Assembly: GCA_048938025.1 (NCBI GenBank)
Contig: JBHLMP010000013.1
Coordinates: forward strand, 1-64,000
Source of the DNA: Promethearchaeota archaeon
Lineage (GTDB): Archaea > Asgardarchaeota > Lokiarchaeia > Sigyniarchaeales > SOKP01
Length of the DNA: 64,000 nt
Reading direction: 5' to 3'
Shown here: positions 48,666 to 58,487 of the stretch, piece by piece
How positions within the stretch are numbered: the stretch's first letter is position 1
Layout of the letters: every line of letters begins with the position of its first letter
The notes under the pieces: generated by a model
Told to the model about the DNA's origin: nothing
What the model saw: only the letters and a program-made list of their open reading frames with translations
Databases searched by the model: none
Program-made: the position numbers and the translations under genes

Positions 48666-49400
48666 TTATTCAAACTGATTATTCTTTATATGATTTAAAA
48701 TTTTGAGATAAATATCTTTTTCAGCATCTTTTTTTTTCCTAAACTCATTTGATTGAAGTGTAATTGGTAATTCTATTAATTTATTTTTATTATTATTATC
48801 CAGAATTTGTGGATTTTTTGCTATCCAGAGAGGATTATGTTCAAGACCTCTCTTTTCGAAATCGAGTTTGATAAAAATACTTGTTTTGAATTTCTCTTGC
48901 AAAAATTCTAATAGAATATTTTTATTCAAAATTGTGGAATTTTCGATAATAGCTTCAAAATCTTTATAAAATCTGTTTATAATCTTTTCCTCCACTACCG
49001 TAAGATTATAGTTTGAATCAAGGAAAATCGCACCACATACTGCTTCAAAAACATCTGCGAGAATTCTAGTATCTTTAATTTTTTGCTTTTCTGATTTGAA
49101 AATATATCGCTCTAAATCAAATTCTATTGCTATTTTCTTAAAAGTTTCATCACTTTCCAATGACGCTTTAATTTTTGTAATTTCTCCGGGATCATCGATT
49201 CCCATTTGATACATCTTTAAAATTAAGATGATTTTTACTATACTATCTCCAAGAATCTCTAAAAATTGATAAGTTGGTAGATTATACTCATTCCCAAATT
49301 GTGGTGTTGTTAATGCTTGAATTAAAAATTCCTCATTATTGAATTTATAATCTATTAATTCTTGGAACTGTTCTATTTTTTCTCTTATCCTAACCATCAT
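48666..49400 (-). CDS. Ribonuclease III-family protein with degenerate dsRBD
   Basis: QALT...YQFLEILGDS signature, LADVFEAVCGAIFLDS, NKNILLEFLQ...KKKDAEK. Confidence 0.88.
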   Translation of the reverse strand: MMVRIREKIEQFQELIDYKFNNEEFLIQALTTPQFGNEYNLPTYQFLEILGDSIVKIILILKMYQMGIDDPGEITKIKASLESDETFKKIAIEFDLERYIFKSEKQKIKDTRILADVFEAVCGAIFLDSNYNLTVVEEKIINRFYKDFEAIIENSTILNKNILLEFLQEKFKTSIFIKLDFEKRGLEHNPLWIAKNPQILDNNNKNKLIELPITLQSNEFRKKKDAEKDIYLKILNHIKNNQFE

Positions 49401-49461
49401 TTTCCTAATTAACTATTATTATCAGATAAATTTAAAAATTTAATCTATTCTTAATAAATAT

Positions 49462-49887
49462 ATGGAAAGAGAAAAAATTCTTTCTTTAATAAAAGGAATT
49501 GAGGAGAAGAATTTAGAATTAGAAAACCACCTTTCAAATTTAAATATTTTATCTAGAAATGATATTATTAAAGAAATCTCACAAGACATTATTCAAAATA
49601 ACGAACTATTACAAGAAATAGTAAATAGTGAGAAGCAACTTTTTTCAAGTGGAATTAAAAGACCTAGCAGCCCAATCCAACATATAATCGAAGGTTTTCT
49701 CTCTAAAATTAAAAATACTCCCTCTAAAAAGGTTATATATTTAAGAGAGTTTCTTGAGATATTCAAACAAGAAATATCCGAGAAAGATAAAGATGTAATT
49801 CTACAATCCTTGAAAGACGAAATAAATGAAGTAGAATTAAAAGAAAAGATGATAACTTTAGCTAATACATTTAGATTGAAATTCTAA
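49462..49887 (+). CDS. Hypothetical all-helical protein
   Basis: 141-aa ORF filling the gap between flanking genes; no motif recognised. Confidence 0.55.
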   Translation: MEREKILSLIKGIEEKNLELENHLSNLNILSRNDIIKEISQDIIQNNELLQEIVNSEKQLFSSGIKRPSSPIQHIIEGFLSKIKNTPSKKVIYLREFLEIFKQEISEKDKDVILQSLKDEINEVELKEKMITLANTFRLKF

Positions 49888-49936
49888 GATTAAACCGTTT
49901 TAATTATAATTCGAAAGATTGTATATATTAATTAAT

Positions 49937-50341
49937 TCAAAGATCAAACAACTGGAGCAAAATTAATACTTTTTTAATACCACGTATCTTTATTTTTCCA
50001 ATAAGTACTTTCCTTATTATTTTCCCCATTGAAACTTCATCACCTCCTAAAATTTCTAAAAATAAGGGAGTAGAAGTTTGAAACAACCCATCCCAACCAA
50101 CAACTTTCTTTTTTAAGTTCTTTTTTGGTTTATTTTCTATACCTTCAACATGTATTGTGGCTTTATCAATAATAAGCAATGCGGCATATTTTCCATCTTT
50201 CGCATTTAAGAGAATCTTAACTTTAGTATCCTTAAATCTTTCTTTAAATTTTTCATTTTCATTTAAAGGGTCAACTAACTTCGCTACAGTACTAGCAAAA
50301 CCGCGTAGTTTTTTCTTTTTTTCTTCAGTCATACTAATCAA
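49937..50341 (-). CDS. SCP2 sterol/lipid-carrier-like protein
   Basis: C-terminal VLIGKIKIRG motif and SCP2-like strand pattern. Confidence 0.6.
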   Translation of the reverse strand: MISMTEEKKKKLRGFASTVAKLVDPLNENEKFKERFKDTKVKILLNAKDGKYAALLIIDKATIHVEGIENKPKKNLKKKVVGWDGLFQTSTPLFLEILGGDEVSMGKIIRKVLIGKIKIRGIKKVLILLQLFDL

Positions 50342-50502
50342 TTACTAAAAATATTAGCAATTTTAATACTTTTTTCAATTATAGTTAAATTACTTCTTAA
50401 GTAACATAAAGATTTAATCTTTAAAGTTAAAAATAAGGATTCATAACTATATAAAATATTGAAGAATAAGTGACCTAATTAGAAACACTGCGAGCAATAA
50501 AG

Positions 50503-50754
50503 TTAGTATCCATCCGCTTCAGAGCTCCCAAAATAGTCTTCCCAAGCTTTTCTGTCTTCACCTGAAATTCTTTCTCCCGAAATTCTATTTTTAACTACAA
50601 TTGGAGCTGATTCTTTTTCGTCATGTCTAATTGTTTTAATTATCTTAAAATCCTCTTTGTCTTTTCCTAAATCAAACTCTTTATCGCATGCTTTACAATA
50701 TAATTTTTTGCTTTTTGGGATCAGTATATTATCGCATTCAGGGCAGAATCGCAT
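50503..50754 (-). CDS. TFS/RpoM paralog with only the N-terminal Zn ribbon
   Basis: MRFCPECDNILIP...LYCKAC; AGGTGA RBS before ATG at 50754; no C-terminal CxxC or RSADE hairpin. Confidence 0.75.
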   Translation of the reverse strand: MRFCPECDNILIPKSKKLYCKACDKEFDLGKDKEDFKIIKTIRHDEKESAPIVVKNRISGERISGEDRKAWEDYFGSSEADGY

Positions 50755-51053
50755 ACTTTCAAAGATCACCTTTTTCAATGCTTATACTTATTAAATTTTA
50801 CGGTTTAGTTCATTTTTATTTTTCAGAGATATTAAAACTATTTAACCCTTATAAATTTAATGAAAATTTAACTTAATGTGCGTCAATAGTATATATAAAT
50901 TTTTGCATTTATTGAATTAATAAGTCCAAAAAATCAGTTAATTAAATCGTGTCAAAATATCATATATTCTAATTAGATTTAACTAAAATTGGTATTTAAT
51001 TAATTAATTAAAAATCTATTTAAATTATTGCAAATCTTTTTACTTAAAGACTT

Positions 51054-51818
51054 ATGAAATTGGGGATATTTGAAATGGATTCTTCAGAAAAGAATGTTTT
51101 AGTAATAGCTCATAGAGGAGCAAGTAATTTAGCACCAGAGAATACACTTAAGGCTTTTCAGAAAGCAATTGAATTAGGAGCAGATTACATAGAATTTGAT
51201 GTTCATCAATCGAAAGATGGTGAAATTATTATAATGCATGATGCTAATACATTTAGAATGACAGGTAAAAGTGGTATTTTAAAGAAAATGACTTTTGAAG
51301 AGCTAAAAAAACTTGAAACTAGAGACGGTGAAAAGATTCCTACCTTGCATGAACTAATTAAATTAGCAAAGGGAAAGATTGCTTTAAACTGTGAAGTAAA
51401 AGCTAGAGGATTAGAAGAAAATTTAGTAAAAATACTCCAAAAAGCTGATATTATTGAATCTACAGTAATTAGTTCTTTTAAAAATGATATTTTGTTAAAA
51501 ATCCAAGATATAGAACCAAGAGTTAGGCTAGCAGCGTTAAGACCTAGTCGAATGCAATGGGTGACGAGCCTGATAACACCCCAGAAGTTAATAAAAACTG
51601 CTTTTAAAAGTCAATTTTATGCTGTTAATCCAAGGTATTTTTTTGTAAATCGGAAGTTTATTGAAAGAGCCCATAATCATGACCTCAAAGTTTTTCCATG
51701 GACGGTTGATTCTGAAAAAAAAATTAAGAAATTAGTCAAAATGGGTGTTGATGGGATTATTACTAATAAAATTTCACAAACTAAAGCTATTCTTAGGCAA
51801 TTGAAGGATATTTCTTAG
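51054..51818 (+). CDS. Glycerophosphodiester phosphodiesterase
   Basis: AHRGAS..APENT, IEFDV, HD, WTVD, DGIITN. Confidence 0.95.
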   Translation: MKLGIFEMDSSEKNVLVIAHRGASNLAPENTLKAFQKAIELGADYIEFDVHQSKDGEIIIMHDANTFRMTGKSGILKKMTFEELKKLETRDGEKIPTLHELIKLAKGKIALNCEVKARGLEENLVKILQKADIIESTVISSFKNDILLKIQDIEPRVRLAALRPSRMQWVTSLITPQKLIKTAFKSQFYAVNPRYFFVNRKFIERAHNHDLKVFPWTVDSEKKIKKLVKMGVDGIITNKISQTKAILRQLKDIS

Positions 51819-51940
51819 TATACCTTCTATAAACACATTTAGACTAAATCCATTTCCTAATTTAATAAAATATTTTAGTCAAATTATCATACCTTAATTA
51901 TCATATTTTAGAATTTTTTTTATAATCTCCTTAATAAATT

Positions 51941-53437
51941 ATGTCTGACTCAGATACAACTGAAATGGTTGATTTTAGTAAGTTATTTTACCCAAGAGCT
52001 ATTGGTATTATTGGAGCTAGTTACAAACCTGCTGGAGGGGGATATTTTGTCGAAATCATGAAGGATAGATTTCGAAATCCTATCTATCTTTTTAATCCCC
52101 GTTTAGCTGATTCTGAATTATTTGGTTTAAAGGTTTATCGCTCAATCTTAGAAATCCCTAAAGAAAATCCAATTGATTATGTAATAATTGGTGTTCCCGC
52201 TAAAGTAGTCCCCAGAGTTTTAGAAGAAGTTGGCCAGAAAGGGGTACCATTTGCTACAGTTTTTACTTCTGGGTTTAGTGAAGTTGGAAATGAAGATTTA
52301 GAGAGCCAAGTACTTAGCTTAGCTAAAAAATATCATATTCGTATCATAGGACCAAATTGCTTGGGTGTTTATAATCCAGAAGCAGGATTATATATTGGAA
52401 GAGATCAATCAAAAAAAGCGGGAAATTTTGGATCTGTGTTACAATCTGGTGGATTAGCAGTAAATGTAGCTCAATTAGCCTGTACTTATGGAGTAGAAGT
52501 CTCAAAGATGATATCAATTGGTAATGCTATTGATTTGACACATCCTGATTTTCTAGAATATTTTCTCATTGATAATCGCACAGCAATTATAGGATTGTAT
52601 CTTGAAAATCTTAAAACACAAAAGAACGGTCGCCGATTCATGAAAGCAGCCAAGCAATGTAATCTAAATAGAAAACCTGTCATATTATGGAGAGCTGGTT
52701 ATGGAGAAGCAACTAAGAAAGCAATAATGTCCCATACGGGAGGTTTAGCAGGAAACAATAAAATTTGGCAAGCAGTTGCTAAACAAACAGGTTGCAGTTT
52801 AGTTAATAACTCGGTTGAGCTTGCGACATTAGCTTCTGCTTTTAAATTAATTCGTTTACCCACTACACGCAATATTGGATTAATAGGAATTGGTGGGGGT
52901 TCAACAATAGAAGCAGGAGATACTTTAGAAAAATATGATTTGAAAATTCCTCAACTAACTGAAAAAACAATTATCAAAATGAGTCGCTTTTTACCTGACG
53001 TAAATACGAATTTTACAAATCCTATTGATCTTGGAGCTCAGGGAGCTCTTCCTCATATTTATTACCGGACAATTTTAACTCTTGATAAAGACCCTAATAT
53101 ATCTTGTATAGTGTTTGTTAAAGATCCTGAGCGATTCCGCAAGTTAGAAGACTCACTACTAGGTAAATTAGGATTTGATAAAGGTGTAGATTTAAATCGA
53201 GAATTTATTAGGTACATTAGTAAAGCAAAAAGAATTTGTACAAAACCTATGCTTTGTGTAATGTTAAAAATTTCGGAAGGATTTGAGGAATACAAGAGCC
53301 GGTATAAATTTAAGCTAAAGTTATTGAATCGTAATGTACCTGTTTTTGAGAATTTCGACCTTGCTGGAAAAGTTCTTGATAAAATGAATACTTATAGGGA
53401 ATTTCTACAAATTCATGGAAAGTATCCAAAAAGTTAA
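51941..53437 (+). CDS. NDP-forming acyl-CoA synthetase, alpha subunit
   Basis: IGAS, SGFSE, IGPNCLG, QSGG, SHTGGLAG phospho-His, NPIDL. Confidence 0.88.
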   Translation: MSDSDTTEMVDFSKLFYPRAIGIIGASYKPAGGGYFVEIMKDRFRNPIYLFNPRLADSELFGLKVYRSILEIPKENPIDYVIIGVPAKVVPRVLEEVGQKGVPFATVFTSGFSEVGNEDLESQVLSLAKKYHIRIIGPNCLGVYNPEAGLYIGRDQSKKAGNFGSVLQSGGLAVNVAQLACTYGVEVSKMISIGNAIDLTHPDFLEYFLIDNRTAIIGLYLENLKTQKNGRRFMKAAKQCNLNRKPVILWRAGYGEATKKAIMSHTGGLAGNNKIWQAVAKQTGCSLVNNSVELATLASAFKLIRLPTTRNIGLIGIGGGSTIEAGDTLEKYDLKIPQLTEKTIIKMSRFLPDVNTNFTNPIDLGAQGALPHIYYRTILTLDKDPNISCIVFVKDPERFRKLEDSLLGKLGFDKGVDLNREFIRYISKAKRICTKPMLCVMLKISEGFEEYKSRYKFKLKLLNRNVPVFENFDLAGKVLDKMNTYREFLQIHGKYPKS

Positions 53438-54252
53438 CCCATTTTCTGTGAATTATGTAAATGCCTAACTTCTATAGGGCGTCCAGGGCTACCTTGATAA
53501 TATGTTTTACCACTTTTTCCCCGCCAATTCTTGTGTAATACGGTATTAGGGAATATAATATTATCGTCTGTCGTCAACGCATTTGGACCTGCTATTGTCC
53601 CTGGATAAAATGTATTGTTTTTTCCTATTTTAATCTCCATCATAGTGATTTTACCGAAAATGGTATTAACTGCATGACTTGATAAAGCACTTGAAGGATA
53701 AAAAAATGTATTATCTCCTATATCAGTAAATTCTAAACCTACATACCCATCACAATAAATAACATTATGTCCAATTTTGTTATGCGAAATTTTTCGAAGT
53801 GTTCGATTTACGAGCCACGGAAATGGAGACTTTGAAGTTATCCACATAGGATATTTAATAATAAAACCTCTTTTATGATAGTATTTCATCATCTTGCCTT
53901 CTGGACTATTTATATCGTCAAGAACACGAGTAAAAACACCCTCTTGAGGTGGTGATTTTTTATGCCAATACCTAGTCCATAAAGCTACAAATTCGATTAA
54001 CACAATCAAATAGATATAATAGAGTAATAAAAGAAATCCCGGTAATATAAGTAAATGAAAGAATCGTGGAATTGAAAATAATCTAATAAAACCATATTCG
54101 AACAAGAGGAAAAGCCCTAAACAAACATAAAGGGGAACTAAAAAACTAATAAAATTGATTTTAAAGAAATCTAACGCAGGAAGCTCCACTGTTTTTTCTT
54201 GTTTCTCTTCAAAACTTAACTCATCCTCTTTTTCCGTTTTATCGGCTTCCAT
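53434..54252 (-). CDS. Membrane protein with left-handed beta-helix (acyltransferase-like)
   Basis: 2 TM helices, then KIGHNV, DIGDNT, KIGKNN hexapeptides and GSPGR end motif. Confidence 0.7.
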   Translation of the reverse strand: MEADKTEKEDELSFEEKQEKTVELPALDFFKINFISFLVPLYVCLGLFLLFEYGFIRLFSIPRFFHLLILPGFLLLLYYIYLIVLIEFVALWTRYWHKKSPPQEGVFTRVLDDINSPEGKMMKYYHKRGFIIKYPMWITSKSPFPWLVNRTLRKISHNKIGHNVIYCDGYVGLEFTDIGDNTFFYPSSALSSHAVNTIFGKITMMEIKIGKNNTFYPGTIAGPNALTTDDNIIFPNTVLHKNWRGKSGKTYYQGSPGRPIEVRHLHNSQKMG

Positions 54253-54313
54253 AATTTAACTAATATTAGCAGATTATAAAAAATTATTTGTTAATTATTA
54301 CCTATTTTTCTTA

Positions 54314-55588
54314 TTATTTTACAATTTCTTCTAGTTTCTTAAATTGATCCTTTTGCATTAATGGTATAATCTTTTTAAAGGCCATAATGAATGCTATAAA
54401 TGCGATTAAACCCATTACAAGTCCATATAAATAAGTATCAAACTCTTGTAATAAGAATGTTCCTAATAATGGACCTATAATTTGAGCAATACTATCTAAT
54501 GTTGATGTATATCCATTTATTTTTCCGATTTCCTTTGGAGTAACAGTTTCAGTCACTTTACTCATTAACAAACCTCTTGCGCATGAAACTCCATAACTTA
54601 TAATTACCATTAAAACTATGAAGATCCAAGTTGTTGGATAAAAACTTCCAAAAAGTCCAAAAAGGACAAAAGTGATAACTAAAATGAGCAATCCAAGTAT
54701 CGTCATATTCTTTTGACCAAATTTTCGCATACTAGGTTTAAACAATGTAAAACGTACAATTGCTCGTGATACCCCTGAAATTGTCAATAAAATACTCACT
54801 CCTATGGTATCAAGTTTTAATATTATACCAATAAAGATTGATAAAGTTGTAACATACATAGTAAATGAGAATGTATGAAAAGCAAACTGGGTTAACAGAT
54901 ATAAAGCTTCATTATTTTCCCTTAACTTGATTTTTATCTTAATCTCCTTCTCCGCAATTTTTCGTTTAGATTTTGACCATGATTCTTTTATAAAGAAAAA
55001 TGTAATTATAATTGTTAAAAAAGAAAGACCTGCAGCAATTAAACTAGGAAGAGCAATAGGATAATTTGGACCAAATATAAAAAATACTGATAAAAAGCCT
55101 GCTAATCCAGGAGCAACTAGGCCTGCTAGAGTATGAGCTACCCCAATATTTGTCATTTGCATACCCCGATCTTTAGGTGGAACGTTATCTGTAATAATTG
55201 CTTTAGTTATTGGATAATTGCCCCCAAAAATACCATCAACAATTCTGGCAACGAAAAGCAGAGTAAGAGAATTTGAGAAGGCTAAAATTAAAAAGGCTGA
55301 ACAGGTTCCTGCTTCAGCAATTAAAAGCATAGGTTTTCTACCAAATTTATCGCTTAGTCTCCCCCACATTGGTGCAGAAAAAAGTGAAAAAATAGCATTT
55401 GTTGCTAGAAGTAATCCAATAATGACTGGTGTAGTGTTATATGTTATTATAAGAGAAGGTAAATATGGAATTATTATATAAAATCCTAAAATATCAACAA
55501 AAAGTCCTATCCATAAAGCGCTTAATTCGGGATATTTGATTTTAATTGAATTCTTTTTATCTTGACGATTTGGCAATTGTTGTTCCAT
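54314..55588 (-). CDS. MFS transporter (TetA/DHA1-like)
   Basis: GRLSDKFGRKP motif A; ARIVDGIFGG; 12 TM. Confidence 0.92.
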   Translation of the reverse strand: MEQQLPNRQDKKNSIKIKYPELSALWIGLFVDILGFYIIIPYLPSLIITYNTTPVIIGLLLATNAIFSLFSAPMWGRLSDKFGRKPMLLIAEAGTCSAFLILAFSNSLTLLFVARIVDGIFGGNYPITKAIITDNVPPKDRGMQMTNIGVAHTLAGLVAPGLAGFLSVFFIFGPNYPIALPSLIAAGLSFLTIIITFFFIKESWSKSKRKIAEKEIKIKIKLRENNEALYLLTQFAFHTFSFTMYVTTLSIFIGIILKLDTIGVSILLTISGVSRAIVRFTLFKPSMRKFGQKNMTILGLLILVITFVLFGLFGSFYPTTWIFIVLMVIISYGVSCARGLLMSKVTETVTPKEIGKINGYTSTLDSIAQIIGPLLGTFLLQEFDTYLYGLVMGLIAFIAFIMAFKKIIPLMQKDQFKKLEEIVK

Positions 55589-55768
55589 TTCAGTATAAAT
55601 AATTAGGGTTATTGCAAGTTAGATCGGAAAATTTAGAATACTTTTTAAAATTTCTATCTAGAAAAAATTACTTCTTTTTCTTGTCTATAGAGAAAGAGTA
55701 ATTGAAAGGTAATTATTGATTAAATCAATAAAATAAACTTCTAAGAAAATAATCAATAAATTTAATAT

Positions 55769-56605
55769 TTAATTTCTCAAAAAATCAATTATAATCTTAT
55801 TGACTTCTGAAGCTCTTGTTTTTGGCGATTCATGACCCGCTTTTTCTATAACCTTAAAAACACTATTAGAAATGCTTTTATGCATTTCCTCCATAACGTT
55901 TTTTGGGCTTACTTTATCATGTGAAGCTGCTAATAGTAAAGAAGGACTTTTTATCTCGTGTAATCTTTCCAATGTATTAAATCCTTTCATTGCCTTTATT
56001 TGGAGTTCTATATCACGAGGAGTTGGCATAAGTATCGTACTTTCTCGGATTTCATCTTCAGCTGACCATATTCCAAAGAATTTTTTCTTAGGATTCGCTT
56101 TAATTTCTTTTCGATATTTATGATAAAACCAAATATGAGCATTATCCCAGTATGCCTTCTCAGGGTCCACTTTAATAAGTTCTAATTGTTCTAGTCGATT
56201 TTTTTTCAAAATTTCTAAACCTACATTATCAGGACTGCCCGTGACAGTATTTATTAATACCAAATTATAAACATATTCAGGATATTGCAGAACAAACTGC
56301 TGAGCAATTAAACCTCCCATAGATACACCTAATACATGTGTCTTTTCTATTTTAAGGTAATCTAGTAGACTTCGAATATCGTCAGCTAAAGTTTCCATTG
56401 TATAGGGTTCATTAACTCTTTCAGATTTTCCAGCCCCGCGATTGTCAAATATTATTACTTTAAACTTCTGTGATAAAGCAGGGATTTGACATTTAAAACC
56501 CTCTTTTCGCGATCCAAAACCATGAATTAAAATGATTGGGTCTCCTTTTCCAAAAATCTCATAACAGATTTTTACTCCATTGAGTTTCACAAAATATTCT
56601 GTCAT
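55769..56605 (-). CDS. Alpha/beta hydrolase (paralog 3)
   Basis: HGFG, DNRGAG, GVSMGG, SHD, AGH. Confidence 0.92.
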   Translation of the reverse strand: MTEYFVKLNGVKICYEIFGKGDPIILIHGFGSRKEGFKCQIPALSQKFKVIIFDNRGAGKSERVNEPYTMETLADDIRSLLDYLKIEKTHVLGVSMGGLIAQQFVLQYPEYVYNLVLINTVTGSPDNVGLEILKKNRLEQLELIKVDPEKAYWDNAHIWFYHKYRKEIKANPKKKFFGIWSAEDEIRESTILMPTPRDIELQIKAMKGFNTLERLHEIKSPSLLLAASHDKVSPKNVMEEMHKSISNSVFKVIEKAGHESPKTRASEVNKIIIDFLRN

Positions 56606-56667
56606 GTTAATTCATATTTAAATCATCTTTTTTAAAAACTAAAATAATTATTACATTAATTTAATCT

Positions 56668-57522
56668 CTAACTTTTAAGAAAATCTATGATATACTTATT
56701 AACTTCTGGTGCTCTTTCTTTGTAAGAACTATGTCCTGCTTTCTCAATTACAATAAATTTACTATTAGGTATTCTTTCATGAATTTGCAGATTTACAGAC
56801 TTAGGCATTTGGCGATCATTTGAAGCACACATTATTAATGTTTCACTTTTAATTTCATGCAATCGATCTATAATATTATGAGTCCCTAGCGCATGTGCTT
56901 GATTTTCTATATCTTGTGGAGTTGCAGGGTTAATACTATCTTCTCTAATCAAATCTTCCGCTGAAAACAGACCATGAAATTTCTTTTTTGGATTTTCCTT
57001 CATCTCTTTTCGAAATTTAAGTGTATAACTCATAGGAGTTGAATCGAAAAATGCTTTAACAGGATCTTTCAATCTTTTTTTGTAGGAAGTTATTTTTCCC
57101 TGCTTGTAGAGTTCTAAGCCAGATTTTTCTTCAGGCCATTTAGGAGTTGTATTTATTAAAACTAATTTAATTACGCAATTAGGATATTTAACAGCAAAGT
57201 GTTGAGCAATCATACCTCCAACGGAGACTCCAACAATGTGAGCTTTATCGATTTTGAGATATTCCATCAAACCATTTATATCATCAGCAAATAATTCCAT
57301 AGTATATAGCTGATTTGGACGATCAGATTTACCAGATCCTCGATTATCGAATTTTATTACCTTGAAATGTTCAGATAAGGGACCAAATTGTGCTATCCAA
57401 CTTTCTTTTTTTGCTCCGAATCCATGAATTAAGAAAACTGGTACTCCTTCACCTTTTATTTCATAACATATTTTTATTCTATTAACTTCTGCAAATAATT
57501 CAGACATGTAAGAATCATCCAT
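56668..57522 (-). CDS. Alpha/beta hydrolase (paralog 2)
   Basis: HGFG, DNRGSG, GVSVGG, SND, AGH. Confidence 0.92.
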   Translation of the reverse strand: MDDSYMSELFAEVNRIKICYEIKGEGVPVFLIHGFGAKKESWIAQFGPLSEHFKVIKFDNRGSGKSDRPNQLYTMELFADDINGLMEYLKIDKAHIVGVSVGGMIAQHFAVKYPNCVIKLVLINTTPKWPEEKSGLELYKQGKITSYKKRLKDPVKAFFDSTPMSYTLKFRKEMKENPKKKFHGLFSAEDLIREDSINPATPQDIENQAHALGTHNIIDRLHEIKSETLIMCASNDRQMPKSVNLQIHERIPNSKFIVIEKAGHSSYKERAPEVNKYIIDFLKS

Positions 57523-57614
57523 GTAATTATTTCAAGTTAGATAATCAAATCTTCATCAATATTAAAGATTTTTTCCTAAATTCTATAAATAAGAAGATTG
57601 AAGGATTTCACATT

Positions 57615-58478
57615 CTAATCTTTTAAAAAACCAATAATAATTTTATTGACTTCAGGAGCTTTAGATTTTAGATATTCATGTCCTGCTTTATCAATTATTC
57701 TGAATAAACTATTGGGTATTCTTTCATGAATTTCTAACATTACTGATTTGGGTACTAACCTATCATGAGAAGCAGCTAATATCAGTGTTTTATGCTTGAT
57801 TTCATGCAATCTATCGAATGTATTTTGTGTCTTAAGAGCATGTGCTAAATTTTTAATGTCTTGAGGAGTAGGTGGATTAGTTCTAAAGTATTCCATAAGA
57901 TCCTCAGGTGACCAGAGTCCATAAAACTTCCTTTTCGGTTCATTTATCATTTTTTTTCTAAATTTAAAGTCAAATCCTAGTAGAGTACTGTTCCAAAACG
58001 CAGCTTCTGGATCTTTTTTTAAAAGCTCTAATCCATCTAATCGAGATTTAATATATGCTTCTGGACCTCCGCCTTCTGAAATTTTTGCTATCGAACTAAT
58101 CAATATTAGTTTGTCTACTTTTTCAGGATACTTTAAAACGAAATTTTGAAGTATTGTACCACCAAGAGAAAAACCTATAAAATGAGCCATCTTAATTTTT
58201 AGGAGATCCATTAATCCTTTTAGATCATCTACAAATAAATCCATAGTATATGGCTGATCTGGTCGTTCAGATTTGCCAGTTCCCCGACAATCATACCTTA
58301 TTACCTCAAAATGTTCAGATAAAGACTCAAACTGAGCCATCCAGCTTTCTTTTTTTGAACCAAAACCATGAACTAAAAATACCGGTTTTCCTTCTCCTTT
58401 CACTTCATAACAAAGTTTTATTCCATTGATATCAGCAAAAAATTCTGTCATAATAACCATTATTTTATTTCTTTTCAA
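57615..58478 (-). CDS. Alpha/beta hydrolase (paralog 1)
   Basis: HGFG, DCRGTG, GFSLGG, SHD, AGH. Confidence 0.92.
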   Translation of the reverse strand: MKRNKIMVIMTEFFADINGIKLCYEVKGEGKPVFLVHGFGSKKESWMAQFESLSEHFEVIRYDCRGTGKSERPDQPYTMDLFVDDLKGLMDLLKIKMAHFIGFSLGGTILQNFVLKYPEKVDKLILISSIAKISEGGGPEAYIKSRLDGLELLKKDPEAAFWNSTLLGFDFKFRKKMINEPKRKFYGLWSPEDLMEYFRTNPPTPQDIKNLAHALKTQNTFDRLHEIKHKTLILAASHDRLVPKSVMLEIHERIPNSLFRIIDKAGHEYLKSKAPEVNKIIIGFLKD

Positions 58479-58487
58479 TATTCTTTT

